Assembly: GCA_002748065.1 (NCBI GenBank)
Contig: PDRJ01000032.1
Location: 236 to 64,235, forward strand
DNA length: 64,000 nt
Direction: 5' to 3'
Origin: Bacteroidota bacterium
GTDB taxonomy: Bacteria > Bacteroidota > Bacteroidia > Bacteroidales > BM520
The stretch's first letter is position 1; each line of letters opens with the position of its first letter. The translations under genes and the position numbers were made by a program. The notes below the pieces were generated by a model. It searched no databases, was not told the DNA's origin, and was given only the letters and a program-made list of their open reading frames with translations. Below, one piece after another: positions 44,608 to 55,010 of this stretch.

Positions 44608-44615
44608 CAAAGTTA
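44608..44615 (-). promoter_or_regulatory. -7 box TAACTTTG (minus strand)
   Basis: The plus strand reads caaagtta, 20 nt upstream of start 44588. Confidence 0.5.
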
Positions 44616-44762
44616 TTTTTTTTAGGGAATTTCTGAAAATGCAATCCTGTGGGATGACCGTTAATTTTTATAGATCTTTATAACTATCTGTTTGTGATTC
44701 TATTATGGTTTTTATAAGGTTTTCTTTTCCCTTTTTATAGAACCTTTTTCCGACAATACGGC

Positions 44763-46796
44763 CTACGATTTTTTTACGGAACGTTTCGCTAAGAGCGTTT
44801 GTAGGTTAAACATCTCATCCCGGAGGCGCGCTGCTTCCGTGAAGTTTAACGCTTTGGCGGCCTTCTCCATCTCTCGTTTGGTATGGGTAAGCATCTTTTT
44901 CAGCTCTTCTTTCGACATATAGCGTACCACGGGGTCTGCCACGAGGGAGGTCTCTTTTTGCTGTTCATAGTCTGGGGAAGAAGGTTTGCCATGCGTGAGC
45001 GTGTTCATCGCCGAATCAACCGCTTTCACAATGGGTTGGGGGGTGATATGGTGGCGCTCATTGTAGGCCAACTGTTTCGCTCTTCTTCGTTCCGTCTCAT
45101 CAATGGTGCGTTGCATACTCCCCGTAATGGTGTTGGCGTACATAATCACCTTGGCATTGAGGTTTCGGGCAGCACGCCCCGCCGTTTGGGTGAGGGAGCG
45201 TTCCGAACGTAAAAATCCCTCCTTATCCGCATCCAGGATGGCTACCAGAGAGACTTCGGGAAGATCCAGCCCCTCCCTGAGAAGATTGACGCCCACAAGT
45301 ACATCGTATTTTCCTTTCCGCAGGTCCTGCATGATCTCAATGCGATCCAGGGTGTCCACATCCGAGTGAATATATTGGCATTTGATACGGATATTGGTGA
45401 GGTATTTGGTGAGCTCTTCGGCCATGCGTTTGGTTAGCGTGGTCACCAATATTCGCTCGCCCTTTTGGACAACCTGATTGATCTCTTCCAGCAAGTCGTC
45501 AATCTGGTTTTCGGCGGGTCGGACTTCAATGATGGGGTCGGGGAGTCCGGTGGGGCGGATCAGTTGCTCCACAATGATCCCTTCGGCATGGTTGAGCTCA
45601 TATTCTGCCGGGGTTGCACTTACATAGATGGTTTGTGGAATGATACGTTCAAACTCATCAAACTTTAGGGGCCTGTTATCCAGGGCGGAAGGAAGTCGAA
45701 ATCCATACTCCACCAGGTTCTGTTTTCTGGATCGATCCCCGCCGAACATGGCCCGAATTTGGGGAATGGTAACGTGCGATTCATCCACCACCAGCAGGAA
45801 GTCATCGGGAAAGTAGTCGATAAGACAGAAGGGGCGGCTTCCCGGTTTTCGCCGGTCAAAATAGCGCGAATAGTTCTCAATGCCGGAGCAGTATCCCAAC
45901 TCCTTCATCATCTCAAGGTCGTAGGTTACCCTGTCTTCTAACCGTTTTGCCTCCAGATGTTTTCCTATCTCCTTGAAGTAGTCGATTTGTTCTCTAAGGT
46001 CGTCCTGAATCTCTCTTATGGCTCCGTTTAGCGTCTCTTTTGTGGTTACAAAGATGTTTGCCGGGTAGATGGTGATGGTTTCAAGCCCCTCTATTCGTTT
46101 TCCGCTCTCCGGTTCAATGCGCTCCAAAGCCTCTACTTCATCCCCCCAGAAAAGTACACGAAAAGCTACATCCGCGTAAGCGGGAAAGATATCCACGCTG
46201 TCTCCCCGTACACGAAAGGTTCCCCTGGTGAGCTCCAACTCTGTTCGGCTGTACAAGGAGGTGACCAACTTATGAAGGAATAGGTTTCGGCTGATGCGTT
46301 CCCCCTCTTTGAGAGAGATGGTATTATCGCTAAACTCTTCGGGGTTCCCGATGCCATAGATGCAGGAGACGGAACTCACGACGATCACATCTCTTCTTCC
46401 TGAAAGCAGTGTGGAAGAGGTACTGAGCCGTAGCTTCTCAATCTCATCATTGATGCTGAGATCCTTCTCTATGTAAACATCCGTGACCGGCAGGTAGGCC
46501 TCCGGCTGGTAATAGTCGTAGTAAGAGACAAAATATTCAACGGCATTGTGGGGAAAGAACTGTTTAAACTCGCCGTAGAGTTGAGCCGCCAACGTTTTGT
46601 TGTGGGATAATACCAAAACAGGTTTCTTCACTTGAGCAACCATGTTGGCTATGGTGAAGGTCTTTCCCGATCCGGTGACCCCTAGCAATACCTGTGCCTT
46701 ATCGCCACGAAGCACACCCTCACTAAGTTGGGCAATGGCTGTTGGTTGGTCTCCCGTAGGCTTAAAATCCGATATGAGCTCAAAATCCTTGGGCAT
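44763..46796 (-). CDS. uvrB: Excinuclease ABC subunit B
   Basis: 677 aa. GVTGSGKT, DESH, helicase motifs and a C-terminal UVR domain. Confidence 0.95.
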   Translation of the reverse strand: MPKDFELISDFKPTGDQPTAIAQLSEGVLRGDKAQVLLGVTGSGKTFTIANMVAQVKKPVLVLSHNKTLAAQLYGEFKQFFPHNAVEYFVSYYDYYQPEAYLPVTDVYIEKDLSINDEIEKLRLSTSSTLLSGRRDVIVVSSVSCIYGIGNPEEFSDNTISLKEGERISRNLFLHKLVTSLYSRTELELTRGTFRVRGDSVDIFPAYADVAFRVLFWGDEVEALERIEPESGKRIEGLETITIYPANIFVTTKETLNGAIREIQDDLREQIDYFKEIGKHLEAKRLEDRVTYDLEMMKELGYCSGIENYSRYFDRRKPGSRPFCLIDYFPDDFLLVVDESHVTIPQIRAMFGGDRSRKQNLVEYGFRLPSALDNRPLKFDEFERIIPQTIYVSATPAEYELNHAEGIIVEQLIRPTGLPDPIIEVRPAENQIDDLLEEINQVVQKGERILVTTLTKRMAEELTKYLTNIRIKCQYIHSDVDTLDRIEIMQDLRKGKYDVLVGVNLLREGLDLPEVSLVAILDADKEGFLRSERSLTQTAGRAARNLNAKVIMYANTITGSMQRTIDETERRRAKQLAYNERHHITPQPIVKAVDSAMNTLTHGKPSSPDYEQQKETSLVADPVVRYMSKEELKKMLTHTKREMEKAAKALNFTEAARLRDEMFNLQTLLAKRSVKKS

Positions 46797-46799
46797 GGC

Positions 46800-47912
46800 T
46801 TACTTCTCTTTAAGTTCCAATGTGGCAGTAACAGGGTAATGATCCGAAAAATGAACCCCCTTGTGTATGGTGTAGGAGGAGCATTTTATACGGGGATCAT
46901 GAAAGATATAGTCGATGCGGAAGGATAGGATTCCCTTGCCAAAGGTTATGCCTAAACCACGTCCTGCTTGACGAAATGCATCTTTGAGAAATCGCTTTAT
47001 GGAGGCATAGGTGTAGGAGGAGGGCGTGTCGTTTAGGTCGCCGCAAAGGACTACCTTGTAGGGTGAGGCCTCTATAAAGCGAACCAGTGAGTCGGACTGT
47101 ACCGCACGACGTTTGTAAGCATGGGTGAGTTTCGCATAGATGCGCTTCCCCTTTCGTTGGAGGTCTCCCCCGGGAGTCCGGAGATCACCCAATACCGGGT
47201 TGTCTCTTCGATTTAGGTAGATGGATTGAAGATGGCCATTGATGATCCTTAGCGTGTCTGTATGGTGGAGAATGTCGGCATAGATGGCATACCGCCTCTG
47301 GTGTGAGTCGCTCAGCGATCCTTTGTGAATGATCTTGTTTTTACTTAAAAGAATGATGCGTTCACTGTTCTGCTTTCCGGGATAATAACGGGTGAAGATG
47401 TAGTGTTGGGTCCGGGTCTCTTTTTTAAAAAGTTCAATCACCTCTTGGAAGCTCTCCGATCCGTAGTCAAACTCTTGCATACAGATGATATCCGGATTCT
47501 CTGAGCGGATGAAATGGCGAATATCGTCGCTGTAGGTTTGGTCATTTTTTGTCCCCATATAGCGCACATTGTAGGAGAGTACCTTTAAGGTTTGATGGGG
47601 GGTAACCTCTTTTTTGGGGAAAAGTTGCAGGTAGCCTCCCAAGATGGAGAGGGTGGATAGGAGACCGATCAGGGGGATAAGGGCGCTCTTGTTGGAATGT
47701 AATACCCAATAAATCCATAGGAGGATATTCAGCAGGGTAAACCCGGGATACAGGATTCCGAGAATGGCCAGGGGAGCATTGCTTGTGGGAGAACTCTCCA
47801 TAAGAACCAAGGGTGCCATTTGAAGAAGGGTGACAAGGAGCGTAATGATGACGAGGATGGTGCTGAACATGCCCCCTCTCCCTTTTTTTCGTTTGTGACT
47901 GTTTCGGTTCAA
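46800..47912 (-). CDS. Membrane-anchored endonuclease/exonuclease/phosphatase (EEP) family protein
   Basis: 370 aa. N-terminal TM segments, then LKVLSYNV...CMQE...SDHYPV EEP motifs. 4-nt overlap with the upstream rhomboid gene. Confidence 0.8.
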   Translation of the reverse strand: MNRNSHKRKKGRGGMFSTILVIITLLVTLLQMAPLVLMESSPTSNAPLAILGILYPGFTLLNILLWIYWVLHSNKSALIPLIGLLSTLSILGGYLQLFPKKEVTPHQTLKVLSYNVRYMGTKNDQTYSDDIRHFIRSENPDIICMQEFDYGSESFQEVIELFKKETRTQHYIFTRYYPGKQNSERIILLSKNKIIHKGSLSDSHQRRYAIYADILHHTDTLRIINGHLQSIYLNRRDNPVLGDLRTPGGDLQRKGKRIYAKLTHAYKRRAVQSDSLVRFIEASPYKVVLCGDLNDTPSSYTYASIKRFLKDAFRQAGRGLGITFGKGILSFRIDYIFHDPRIKCSSYTIHKGVHFSDHYPVTATLELKEK

Positions 47913-48826
47913 TGGCCCTCCTTTTTGTTACTCTGCTTAAAAAGGGTCTCTTTCTCTTTGCTGGAGAGACTATCGTATCCGGATTGTGAGATCTTATCCA
48001 AGATCTTGTCAATCTCCTGTTGCTGTTTTTTCTTTCTTAGGTTGTAGGCTTCATCAGAGAAGGGGCGTTGTTTTTGGGAAGTGGGTTTTTTCTTCTTTTT
48101 GAGGGGAAACAGGGATCTCAAAAGGGGAATTTTTATGCGTTTCCCATGGTGTTGGCTTCTGTTTCGAAAGACCAGCAGGATGTAGAGCCACCCTGCCATG
48201 GCTCCTCCCAGATGAGCCAAATGCCCTCCGGAGTTGGATCCGGTGATACTGATGAGGTCGAGCAGGATGAATACCAAGGCAAGATACTTCATCTTCACTT
48301 GACCGAAAAATACGATATTAATGGGGAGGTTGGGGCGATAGGTGGCAATGGCAATCACGACTCCAAGTACGGATGCAGAAGCTCCCAACGCAATGGATCC
48401 CTGAATGTGTGTTTCAAATACGGGAAAAAAATTGAACGAAAAAATATAGAGAAATGCTCCTGCCAATCCACCATAGAGGTAGATGTTCAGAAGATGACGT
48501 TTTGTCAGATGTTGCATAAAGAGCGTCCCCCCGAAATAGAGGATGTACATGTTGAAAAAGAGATGCCAAAATTTTTCATGGGTAAACATGTAGCTAAAGA
48601 GCGTCCAGGGACGGCGTAAAAGGGTCGCCTTATCTGCAGGAACAGCCAGGTAGCGAATGATTTCATAGGAGATGCCCTCCGCCTTGAATAACCAGAGTAG
48701 TTGGTTGATCATAAACAGGGTGAACCATACCGCTATGTTGATGAGGATTAGACGTGATAAGAGACTTTTGGATAGAAAGAATTGTCGGATATCCTGTAAC
48801 CATTGCTGAAAGAGTTGTGAATACAT
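47909..48826 (-). CDS. Rhomboid-family intramembrane serine protease
   Basis: 305 aa. GASASV (GxSxx) and AHLGG motifs, and a basic C-terminal tail with ...IDKILDKISQSGYDSLSSKEKETLF. Confidence 0.85.
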   Translation of the reverse strand: MYSQLFQQWLQDIRQFFLSKSLLSRLILINIAVWFTLFMINQLLWLFKAEGISYEIIRYLAVPADKATLLRRPWTLFSYMFTHEKFWHLFFNMYILYFGGTLFMQHLTKRHLLNIYLYGGLAGAFLYIFSFNFFPVFETHIQGSIALGASASVLGVVIAIATYRPNLPINIVFFGQVKMKYLALVFILLDLISITGSNSGGHLAHLGGAMAGWLYILLVFRNRSQHHGKRIKIPLLRSLFPLKKKKKPTSQKQRPFSDEAYNLRKKKQQQEIDKILDKISQSGYDSLSSKEKETLFKQSNKKEGH

Positions 48827-48827
48827 G

Positions 48828-49676
48828 TCAATAGATCTTTTGTGTCCTCCAATAACGGATTAACAGGTATCCAAAAATCATACCGCCCAGGTGGGCGAAG
48901 TGCGCCACGTTGCTGGTGCTATCAGCGAACCCTGCAATGAGTTCAATGGCTCCATAAATCACCACAAACCATTTGGCCTTTAGCGGGAAGAGGAAATAGA
49001 TGAGGATCTCCGAATTGGGAAAGAGCATTCCGAAGGCTAAGAGTAGCCCAAAAACGGCTCCCGAGGCTCCTACCACATTGGGCAGGTTTAAAAAATGGGC
49101 ACGATACTCTTCAATAAACCTTACCGATTCTTGTAACGCTGCGTGGTTTTGAGGATCTATTGTTAATGCATTCGCTTGGTTTTGAAAGAGTAGAAAGTGA
49201 TCCCAGAGGATTCCACTGTTTTCGTTGAGGTGAAATTTGTGGGAACCGATAAACGCAGAGAGGTTCTGCAAGTTGGGCTGTTCCAAAAATGCATCCATAC
49301 TCTGAATCACGGGGTTGATCTCAAAAAAGGCAACAAGATAGTGGGTCAACGCCGCTCCGATACCGCACACCATGTAGTAGATCAGGAACCTTTTACTACC
49401 CCATACATTTTCCAAAATTCGACCAAACATCCATAAGGCAAACATGTTAAAGAAGAGGTGGGAGAGGCTTCCATGCATAAACATGTAGGTGACAAACTGG
49501 AAGGGCCGGAAGGCCGACCCTAAAGGGTAACGTAGCCCTAAAATGTCCGTGAGATCTTTTCCTGTAGTGCTTCCCACCAGGTAGGTTCCCACAAAAAAAA
49601 GGACGTTGATAATCAGAAGGTTCTTTACTACTGGAGGCAGGTTGGCGAATCCTCCTGGTCTATATTGATTGCTCAT
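48828..49676 (-). CDS. Rhomboid-family intramembrane serine protease
   Basis: 282 aa. HGSLSHLFFNM, GASGAVFG and AHLGG motifs. Confidence 0.85.
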   Translation of the reverse strand: MSNQYRPGGFANLPPVVKNLLIINVLFFVGTYLVGSTTGKDLTDILGLRYPLGSAFRPFQFVTYMFMHGSLSHLFFNMFALWMFGRILENVWGSKRFLIYYMVCGIGAALTHYLVAFFEINPVIQSMDAFLEQPNLQNLSAFIGSHKFHLNENSGILWDHFLLFQNQANALTIDPQNHAALQESVRFIEEYRAHFLNLPNVVGASGAVFGLLLAFGMLFPNSEILIYFLFPLKAKWFVVIYGAIELIAGFADSTSNVAHFAHLGGMIFGYLLIRYWRTQKIY

Positions 49677-49690
49677 GTTGTTCGTTCTTT

Positions 49691-51514
49691 TTAAAACAGT
49701 TCTGTCACTTTTTTGACAGGTAAAATGACTAGAGTTTTGCCTCTGTCGAGGTCGTTTTCTGGTGCGGCACAGGCAAAAAGAGCGTTGGTGAGGCTCTGCA
49801 TCTCCTCTTGCGTTAACGCTTTTTTATCACTGATAGACATGCTTTTGGCCATCGCTTTTGCCAAACGGGAGTGCCGGGCAGAGGTGCCGGGGCTTTCGTT
49901 CTTGTACTGCTCTAAGGTATTTTCCAGCATTTGGAGAATGTTATCTTGAGGCGCATCCGCCGGGATTCCATTGATGATGAAGCTGTTTCCTCCGGCCGGA
50001 GTCAGCTCGAACCCCAGTTGTTGAAAATCTTTTTCCAACTCCCTCACAAGGCTTGCATCTTGTGCATTAAGATGCCACGTCTCCGGAAATAGGCTCTTCT
50101 GTATGCCCGGCTCACTTCCCTTTAGGCGCTCTTGAAAGATCTCAAAAAGAACCCGTTGGTGTGCTTTTCGCTGATCGATAATCATCAATCCTGAGGTGAC
50201 TGTGGTGAGGATATAGTGTTGTTGAAGTTGGAGAAAAGGATTGATAAAGGAGGACTCCTCCTCCGGAGGAAAAAACGCTGTTTCAGGTGCGCTTGTTTCC
50301 GGGGAGGGAACTGTTTGCGTGGAACCCTCCGAGGGTGAATCCTGTGTGAACAATTTTTCCCAATGAGCTGTATCTGCTTTTTTTTCTCCCGACCAAGCGT
50401 CATCACTTTTAAAGGGCGAGTAGGAGGGGTCTACCTTTATGCTGGGGGCAGGGATGGGCGTATTGGGGCGTGGTGGAGGAATGTTAAGACTTTGTTCCAT
50501 GTTAAAATCCAGTGTGGGTGCAATGCTGAACTTTCCAAAGGCCTGTTTCACCGCCGATCGAAGGAATGAGTAGATCAACCTGGCATCCAAAAAATTGATC
50601 TCTGTCTTGGTGGGGTGAATGTTCACATCAATATCAGAAGGGTTTACTTCGAAGAAAATAAAGTAAGATGGGAAAGCTCCCTCAGGAATAAGCTCCTCGA
50701 AAGCACTCTGTACCGCATGGTTTAGGTAGTGGTGCTTGATAAACCGATTGTTTACAAAAAAGTATTGTTCGCCTTTGGTCTTTCGGGCAAATTGGGGTTT
50801 TCCAATAAAGCCGCTAATGGTTACACTGTTGGTTTGGGCCTCGATAGGCACAATCTTTTCATCGAAATTGGCTCCGAAGATAGAGACAATCCGCTGTTTT
50901 AGGTTCCCCTTTTTTAGTTGGAAAATGGGTTTGTCGTTATGGTATAGCTCCATGGCAATGCCGGGATGAGCAATGGCGATACGTTGAAAATCCTCAATGC
51001 AGTGACGGAGTTCCACATTGTTGGATTTTAGGAAGTTTCTTCTTGCTGGAACATTAAAGAAGAGGTTCTTTACCGCGATGGAGGTTCCTTGAGGGCATGA
51101 AGTGGGTTCAGTGGTTATAACTTTTGATCCCTCAATGAGAATCTTGGTGCCAATATCCTCATCCCTTTGCCGGGTATTCATCTCCACTTGTGCAATGGCG
51201 GCGATGGAGGCCAGGGCTTCGCCACGAAAGCCAAAACTTGTTAAGGCAAAAAGATCTTTTGCATCGGATATTTTGGAGGTGGCATGCCTTTCAAAACACA
51301 TCCTGGCATCGGAGGCACTCATCCCCCTTCCGTCATCAACGACGCGCAGAAGACCCTTCCCCGCATCTTTTAAAATTACCTGTATGGAGGTGGACGCTGC
51401 ATCAATGGAGTTTTCCAACATCTCTTTCAGCGCAGAAGAGGGGCGTTGTACCACTTCTCCTGCGGCAATCTGATTGGCTACAGCATCCGGAAGTAAATGA
51501 ATAATATTCGACAT
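49691..51514 (-). CDS. mutL: DNA mismatch repair protein MutL
   Basis: Trimmed to MSNIIHLLPDAVANQIAAGEVV. GHKL motifs DDGRGM and GFRGEAL. A 4-nt gap to the upstream small ORF. Confidence 0.92.
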   Translation of the reverse strand: MSNIIHLLPDAVANQIAAGEVVQRPSSALKEMLENSIDAASTSIQVILKDAGKGLLRVVDDGRGMSASDARMCFERHATSKISDAKDLFALTSFGFRGEALASIAAIAQVEMNTRQRDEDIGTKILIEGSKVITTEPTSCPQGTSIAVKNLFFNVPARRNFLKSNNVELRHCIEDFQRIAIAHPGIAMELYHNDKPIFQLKKGNLKQRIVSIFGANFDEKIVPIEAQTNSVTISGFIGKPQFARKTKGEQYFFVNNRFIKHHYLNHAVQSAFEELIPEGAFPSYFIFFEVNPSDIDVNIHPTKTEINFLDARLIYSFLRSAVKQAFGKFSIAPTLDFNMEQSLNIPPPRPNTPIPAPSIKVDPSYSPFKSDDAWSGEKKADTAHWEKLFTQDSPSEGSTQTVPSPETSAPETAFFPPEEESSFINPFLQLQQHYILTTVTSGLMIIDQRKAHQRVLFEIFQERLKGSEPGIQKSLFPETWHLNAQDASLVRELEKDFQQLGFELTPAGGNSFIINGIPADAPQDNILQMLENTLEQYKNESPGTSARHSRLAKAMAKSMSISDKKALTQEEMQSLTNALFACAAPENDLDRGKTLVILPVKKVTELF

Positions 51515-51518
51515 GGAG

Positions 51519-51791
51519 TTAGAAAATTTTTGCAAAGAAGATGAAATAGATTAACAGCGCTGCAATGGCGAGGTAAATAAACATGGTCGTCATGTTTTTT
51601 CGCCCCGACGGCTTCGCATCTTCTTTACGCCAAGAACTTTTCATGCTACCCCTTACCCGATCTTCTGCGGTAAGTTGACCGTTCTCACGCATCCTTTTGC
51701 GCCGCTCCAACTCCTCTTTCCTTGGATCGTAGTAGCGCGTGGGAAAGTTGAAACGTTTGGGTTTGGGAGTCCTTGAGAACACGATTTTCAT
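51519..51791 (-). CDS. Small basic membrane protein, unknown function
   Basis: 90 aa. Arg/Lys-rich N-terminal part and one C-terminal TM (MFIYLAIAALLIYFIFF). Tightly linked to mutL. Confidence 0.55.
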   Translation of the reverse strand: MKIVFSRTPKPKRFNFPTRYYDPRKEELERRKRMRENGQLTAEDRVRGSMKSSWRKEDAKPSGRKNMTTMFIYLAIAALLIYFIFFAKIF

Positions 51792-51831
51792 AATAAAACA
51801 TTTTTACAAAGATAGAAATTTTTGAAAAGAT

Positions 51832-51839
51832 TACCTTTG
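51832..51839 (+). promoter_or_regulatory. -7 box TACCTTTG
   Basis: 33 nt upstream of ATG 51873. Confidence 0.5.
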
Positions 51840-51872
51840 CGCTGTCGATGTCAACCATAACAGTTCTATAAC

Positions 51873-52949
51873 ATGCAATGCAGTAAGATTACGCTCAGCG
51901 TCGTTGCTCTTATGCTTCTCACTCTTTGGGGGTGTGTGCGGAGGGAGAAACCCATTTCCTCCTCTTCGACGCATACACATTATGCCCAACTTTTTGCCTT
52001 GGAAGCGGAGGGGGATGGGGTCATCTTTTTGGACGGCCCGGAACGGGAAACATGGGTACCGCAGGGGGATGGGATCTCCTCCGATAAGGCTTCACCCCGT
52101 TACGTCTGCCTCTCCTCTACGCATATCGCATTTCTCTCCTCGTTGGGAGAGGCGGCTCATATTGTGGGGACACCGGACTCTTCCTACATCTTCAATGAGG
52201 ATGTTAAGAAACGCATTCGTGAAGGGCTCGCCCAAGTAGTGACCTTTGGTGGAGGTGTGAATAGTGAGTTGATCTTTGAACTTAGACCCACTGTGATTTT
52301 TGCGGATCGCATGCGAGCTAACGAGATGGAGATGTTTGAGGATAAGGGGATTAATGTGGTTTATGTCGAGGAATATCGGGAGGCCTCGCCATTGGCGCGA
52401 ACCGAATGGTTGCGGGTCTTTGGACGTATTGCGGGAAAGGCAGCATTCGCCGATAGCCTATTCACCCATATTGAAAAAGCTTATGAAGAGGTGGCCGAAA
52501 AGGTAAAGGCACAAGTGACAACGCATTTCACCATTTTTGGCGGTATGGCATACCAAGGCGTTTGGTATGTGAGTGGAGGGGGGAGCTATATCGCCCGGCT
52601 CTACGAAGATGCCGGGGCAGAATACCTCTTTGCTGACAATACCAGAAGCGCCAGTATCCCCCTCGACTTTGAAGCGGTATATGAAAAGGGGAGTGCTGCG
52701 GACTTTTGGCGCATTGTGTATGGCTCTTCAGACTCTGTCACCTATGAGCAGCTCGCGACATTGAATAGGCATTATAAGGATTTTCCCGCCTTTAAGAGCA
52801 AGAGGGTTCTTCTCTGTAACCCCACGCAAAGTGCCTATTTTGAGCAGGGAGTGGTAGAACCTCAGGTGATTCTTTCCGATCTGGTCTTCGCCCTCTATCC
52901 CCAATTGTTAACAGGATATAAACCCAAATATTATTATCTTTTACCGTAA
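51873..52949 (+). CDS. ABC transporter substrate-binding lipoprotein (BtuF/FhuD-like, iron-complex or corrinoid)
   Basis: 358 aa. Lipobox LTLWGC. First gene of a binding-protein/permease/ATPase operon. Confidence 0.75.
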   Translation: MQCSKITLSVVALMLLTLWGCVRREKPISSSSTHTHYAQLFALEAEGDGVIFLDGPERETWVPQGDGISSDKASPRYVCLSSTHIAFLSSLGEAAHIVGTPDSSYIFNEDVKKRIREGLAQVVTFGGGVNSELIFELRPTVIFADRMRANEMEMFEDKGINVVYVEEYREASPLARTEWLRVFGRIAGKAAFADSLFTHIEKAYEEVAEKVKAQVTTHFTIFGGMAYQGVWYVSGGGSYIARLYEDAGAEYLFADNTRSASIPLDFEAVYEKGSAADFWRIVYGSSDSVTYEQLATLNRHYKDFPAFKSKRVLLCNPTQSAYFEQGVVEPQVILSDLVFALYPQLLTGYKPKYYYLLP

Positions 52950-52950
52950 C

Positions 52951-53982
52951 ATGATTGCAATCAATAAGAAGGTTTTTTTGATTAGTTTACTCCTCTTCTT
53001 CGGCGTTTTATTGCTATTTGTAGGAAATGTCTTATGGGGCTCTGTGCGGATTCCCATAACAGATATTATCGCTATTATAAAAGGTGGAGGGGGACGTGAT
53101 TCCTGGAATACCATCGTGCTGGATTCAAGGCTACCCATGGCATTGACGGCTTTTCTTGTGGGAGCGGCTCTGTCAGTGAGTGGTCTGTTGATGCAGACAC
53201 TCTTTCGTAACCCCCTTGCCGGACCCTCGGTGCTGGGAGTGACCTCCGGAGCCAGCCTGGGAGTGGCTCTGGTGGTGTTGCTGACCGGTGGTCTACTCGC
53301 TCAGTACGACCATCTTTTGATCTCCAACCTGGGGGTCTTTCTTGCTGCCTTGATGGGAGCAGGGGTGGTGCTTTTGGTGCTGATTCTCTTATCGGCAAGT
53401 ATTGGTAATAACTTGGTGTTGTTGATTGTGGGACTGATGATGGGGTATGCGATCTCCTCTTTGGTGAGTATCCTTCAATTTTTTGCCACCGACCATGATT
53501 TGCAGGCCTATGTGATCTGGGGTATGGGGAGTTTCTCCCATGTGGGATGGCAGAAGATGGCTTGGTTTCTTCCTGTGGTTGTGGTGGGTCTGCTGGCTTC
53601 CTTGCTGCTTATGAAGCCCTTAAATGGGATGTTGTTGGGTGAGAGCTATGCGCAGAACCTGGGGCTGAATGTCCGGAGAGTACGGGTGCTGATTATCGCC
53701 GTGGCAGGGGTGTTAGCTGCCGTCGTGACAGCTTTTTGTGGGCCAGTGGCCTTTGTGGGTATCGCTGTCCCCCATATCGTTCGGAATCTCTACCATTCCC
53801 ATGATCATCGTATACTCATTCCGGGAACCATTCTTGCGGGAGGTGCCTTTGCGCTCTCTTGTAACCTTATTGCTCGCCTGCCCGGAATGATGGGAGCACT
53901 GCCCATAAATGCCATAAGTTCCCTGTTGGGAGCTCCCGTGGTCGTATGGGTGATTTTTAGAAATAGATTTAAGGAGGTGTGA
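52951..53982 (+). CDS. FecCD-family ABC transporter permease
   Basis: 343 aa, multi-TM. RLPMALTAFLVGAALSVSGLLMQ and PINAISSLLGAPVVVW are typical of FecCD/BtuC. Confidence 0.88.
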   Translation: MIAINKKVFLISLLLFFGVLLLFVGNVLWGSVRIPITDIIAIIKGGGGRDSWNTIVLDSRLPMALTAFLVGAALSVSGLLMQTLFRNPLAGPSVLGVTSGASLGVALVVLLTGGLLAQYDHLLISNLGVFLAALMGAGVVLLVLILLSASIGNNLVLLIVGLMMGYAISSLVSILQFFATDHDLQAYVIWGMGSFSHVGWQKMAWFLPVVVVGLLASLLLMKPLNGMLLGESYAQNLGLNVRRVRVLIIAVAGVLAAVVTAFCGPVAFVGIAVPHIVRNLYHSHDHRILIPGTILAGGAFALSCNLIARLPGMMGALPINAISSLLGAPVVVWVIFRNRFKEV

Positions 53983-55010
53983 TGAAAAACGGACAAGGTA
54001 AAAAACGACAATTGATTCTGCAAGCGTATCATCTTACCGTTGGATATGGGCAAGGAGAACAGGAGAAGGTAGTGCAGAAAAGCCTTCGCTTGAAAATGTT
54101 TACGGGTGAATTGGTGTGTCTTCTGGGGCCTAATGGAGCCGGTAAATCCACCCTGTTACGAAGCCTTTGTGGCCTTCAGAAGCCTTTGGGTGGGGATATT
54201 AAGTTGGCCAATAAGAGGTTGGAAGACTACACGGCAAGGGAACTCTCCCAGGTGGTCAGTACAGTGCTTACGGATAAGATCTCCGTGAAACACCTTCGTG
54301 TATTTGACTTGGTTGCTACAGGTCGTTATCCCTATACCGGCTATTTTGGCCGCCTCTCGGTCCTGGATCGTGAAGTGATTGAAGAGTCTATGGCGTTGGC
54401 AGGCGTAGAAAATCTTTCTAATCGTTATCTGGATGAATTGAGTGATGGAGAGAAACAGAAAGTGATGATTGCTAAGGCTCTGGCGCAGGAAACCCCTTTT
54501 ATTATCCTGGATGAACCCATGGCATTTCTTGATTTCCCCTCAAAACTGGAGCTGATGCAGATCTTGCAGAAGTTGACCTCCGAGCACCATAAGGCCATTC
54601 TTATGACGACCCATGATTTAAACCTTTCCATCCGGGGCGCAGACTGGATATGGCTCATTGGTTCCCAGCAATCTATAAAAAGGGGCGTTCCTGAGGATCT
54701 TGTATTAAATGGAAGTTTTGCCTCCTTTTTTAAGAAAGAAGATATTCGCTTTGATGTGAGTACCGGTGATTTTTTCTTTGATGATCATCTCCATAAAAAA
54801 ATTAGTTTTAGGGGGAATGGGTTGAATGCTTCTTGGGTGAGGAAAGCTCTTCAACGTAAGGGATATCAGGTGGTTGGTGCCCCCAAAGGGAAGGAGCAGG
54901 TTTCGGTTGCCCCCAAAAAGGAGCTGGAGGTGACTCTCGTTCATGCCGACAAATCCATTGTGGTGAACTCCATAAAGGAGATGCTTATTCAGGTTGACAA
55001 AATGTTTTGA
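53979..55010 (+). CDS. ABC transporter ATP-binding protein with ~90-aa C-terminal extension
   Basis: Walker A GPNGAGKST, signature LSDGEKQ, Walker B IILDEP. ATGA overlap with the permease gene. Confidence 0.88.
   Translation: MMKNGQGKKRQLILQAYHLTVGYGQGEQEKVVQKSLRLKMFTGELVCLLGPNGAGKSTLLRSLCGLQKPLGGDIKLANKRLEDYTARELSQVVSTVLTDKISVKHLRVFDLVATGRYPYTGYFGRLSVLDREVIEESMALAGVENLSNRYLDELSDGEKQKVMIAKALAQETPFIILDEPMAFLDFPSKLELMQILQKLTSEHHKAILMTTHDLNLSIRGADWIWLIGSQQSIKRGVPEDLVLNGSFASFFKKEDIRFDVSTGDFFFDDHLHKKISFRGNGLNASWVRKALQRKGYQVVGAPKGKEQVSVAPKKELEVTLVHADKSIVVNSIKEMLIQVDKMF

Noticed and set aside
51792-51872. Expected a cobalamin or other riboswitch upstream of the BtuF/FecCD-type ABC operon
   Set aside because: The leader is only ~80 nt and mostly promoter. 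It has no B12-box-like sequence and no room for an aptamer.
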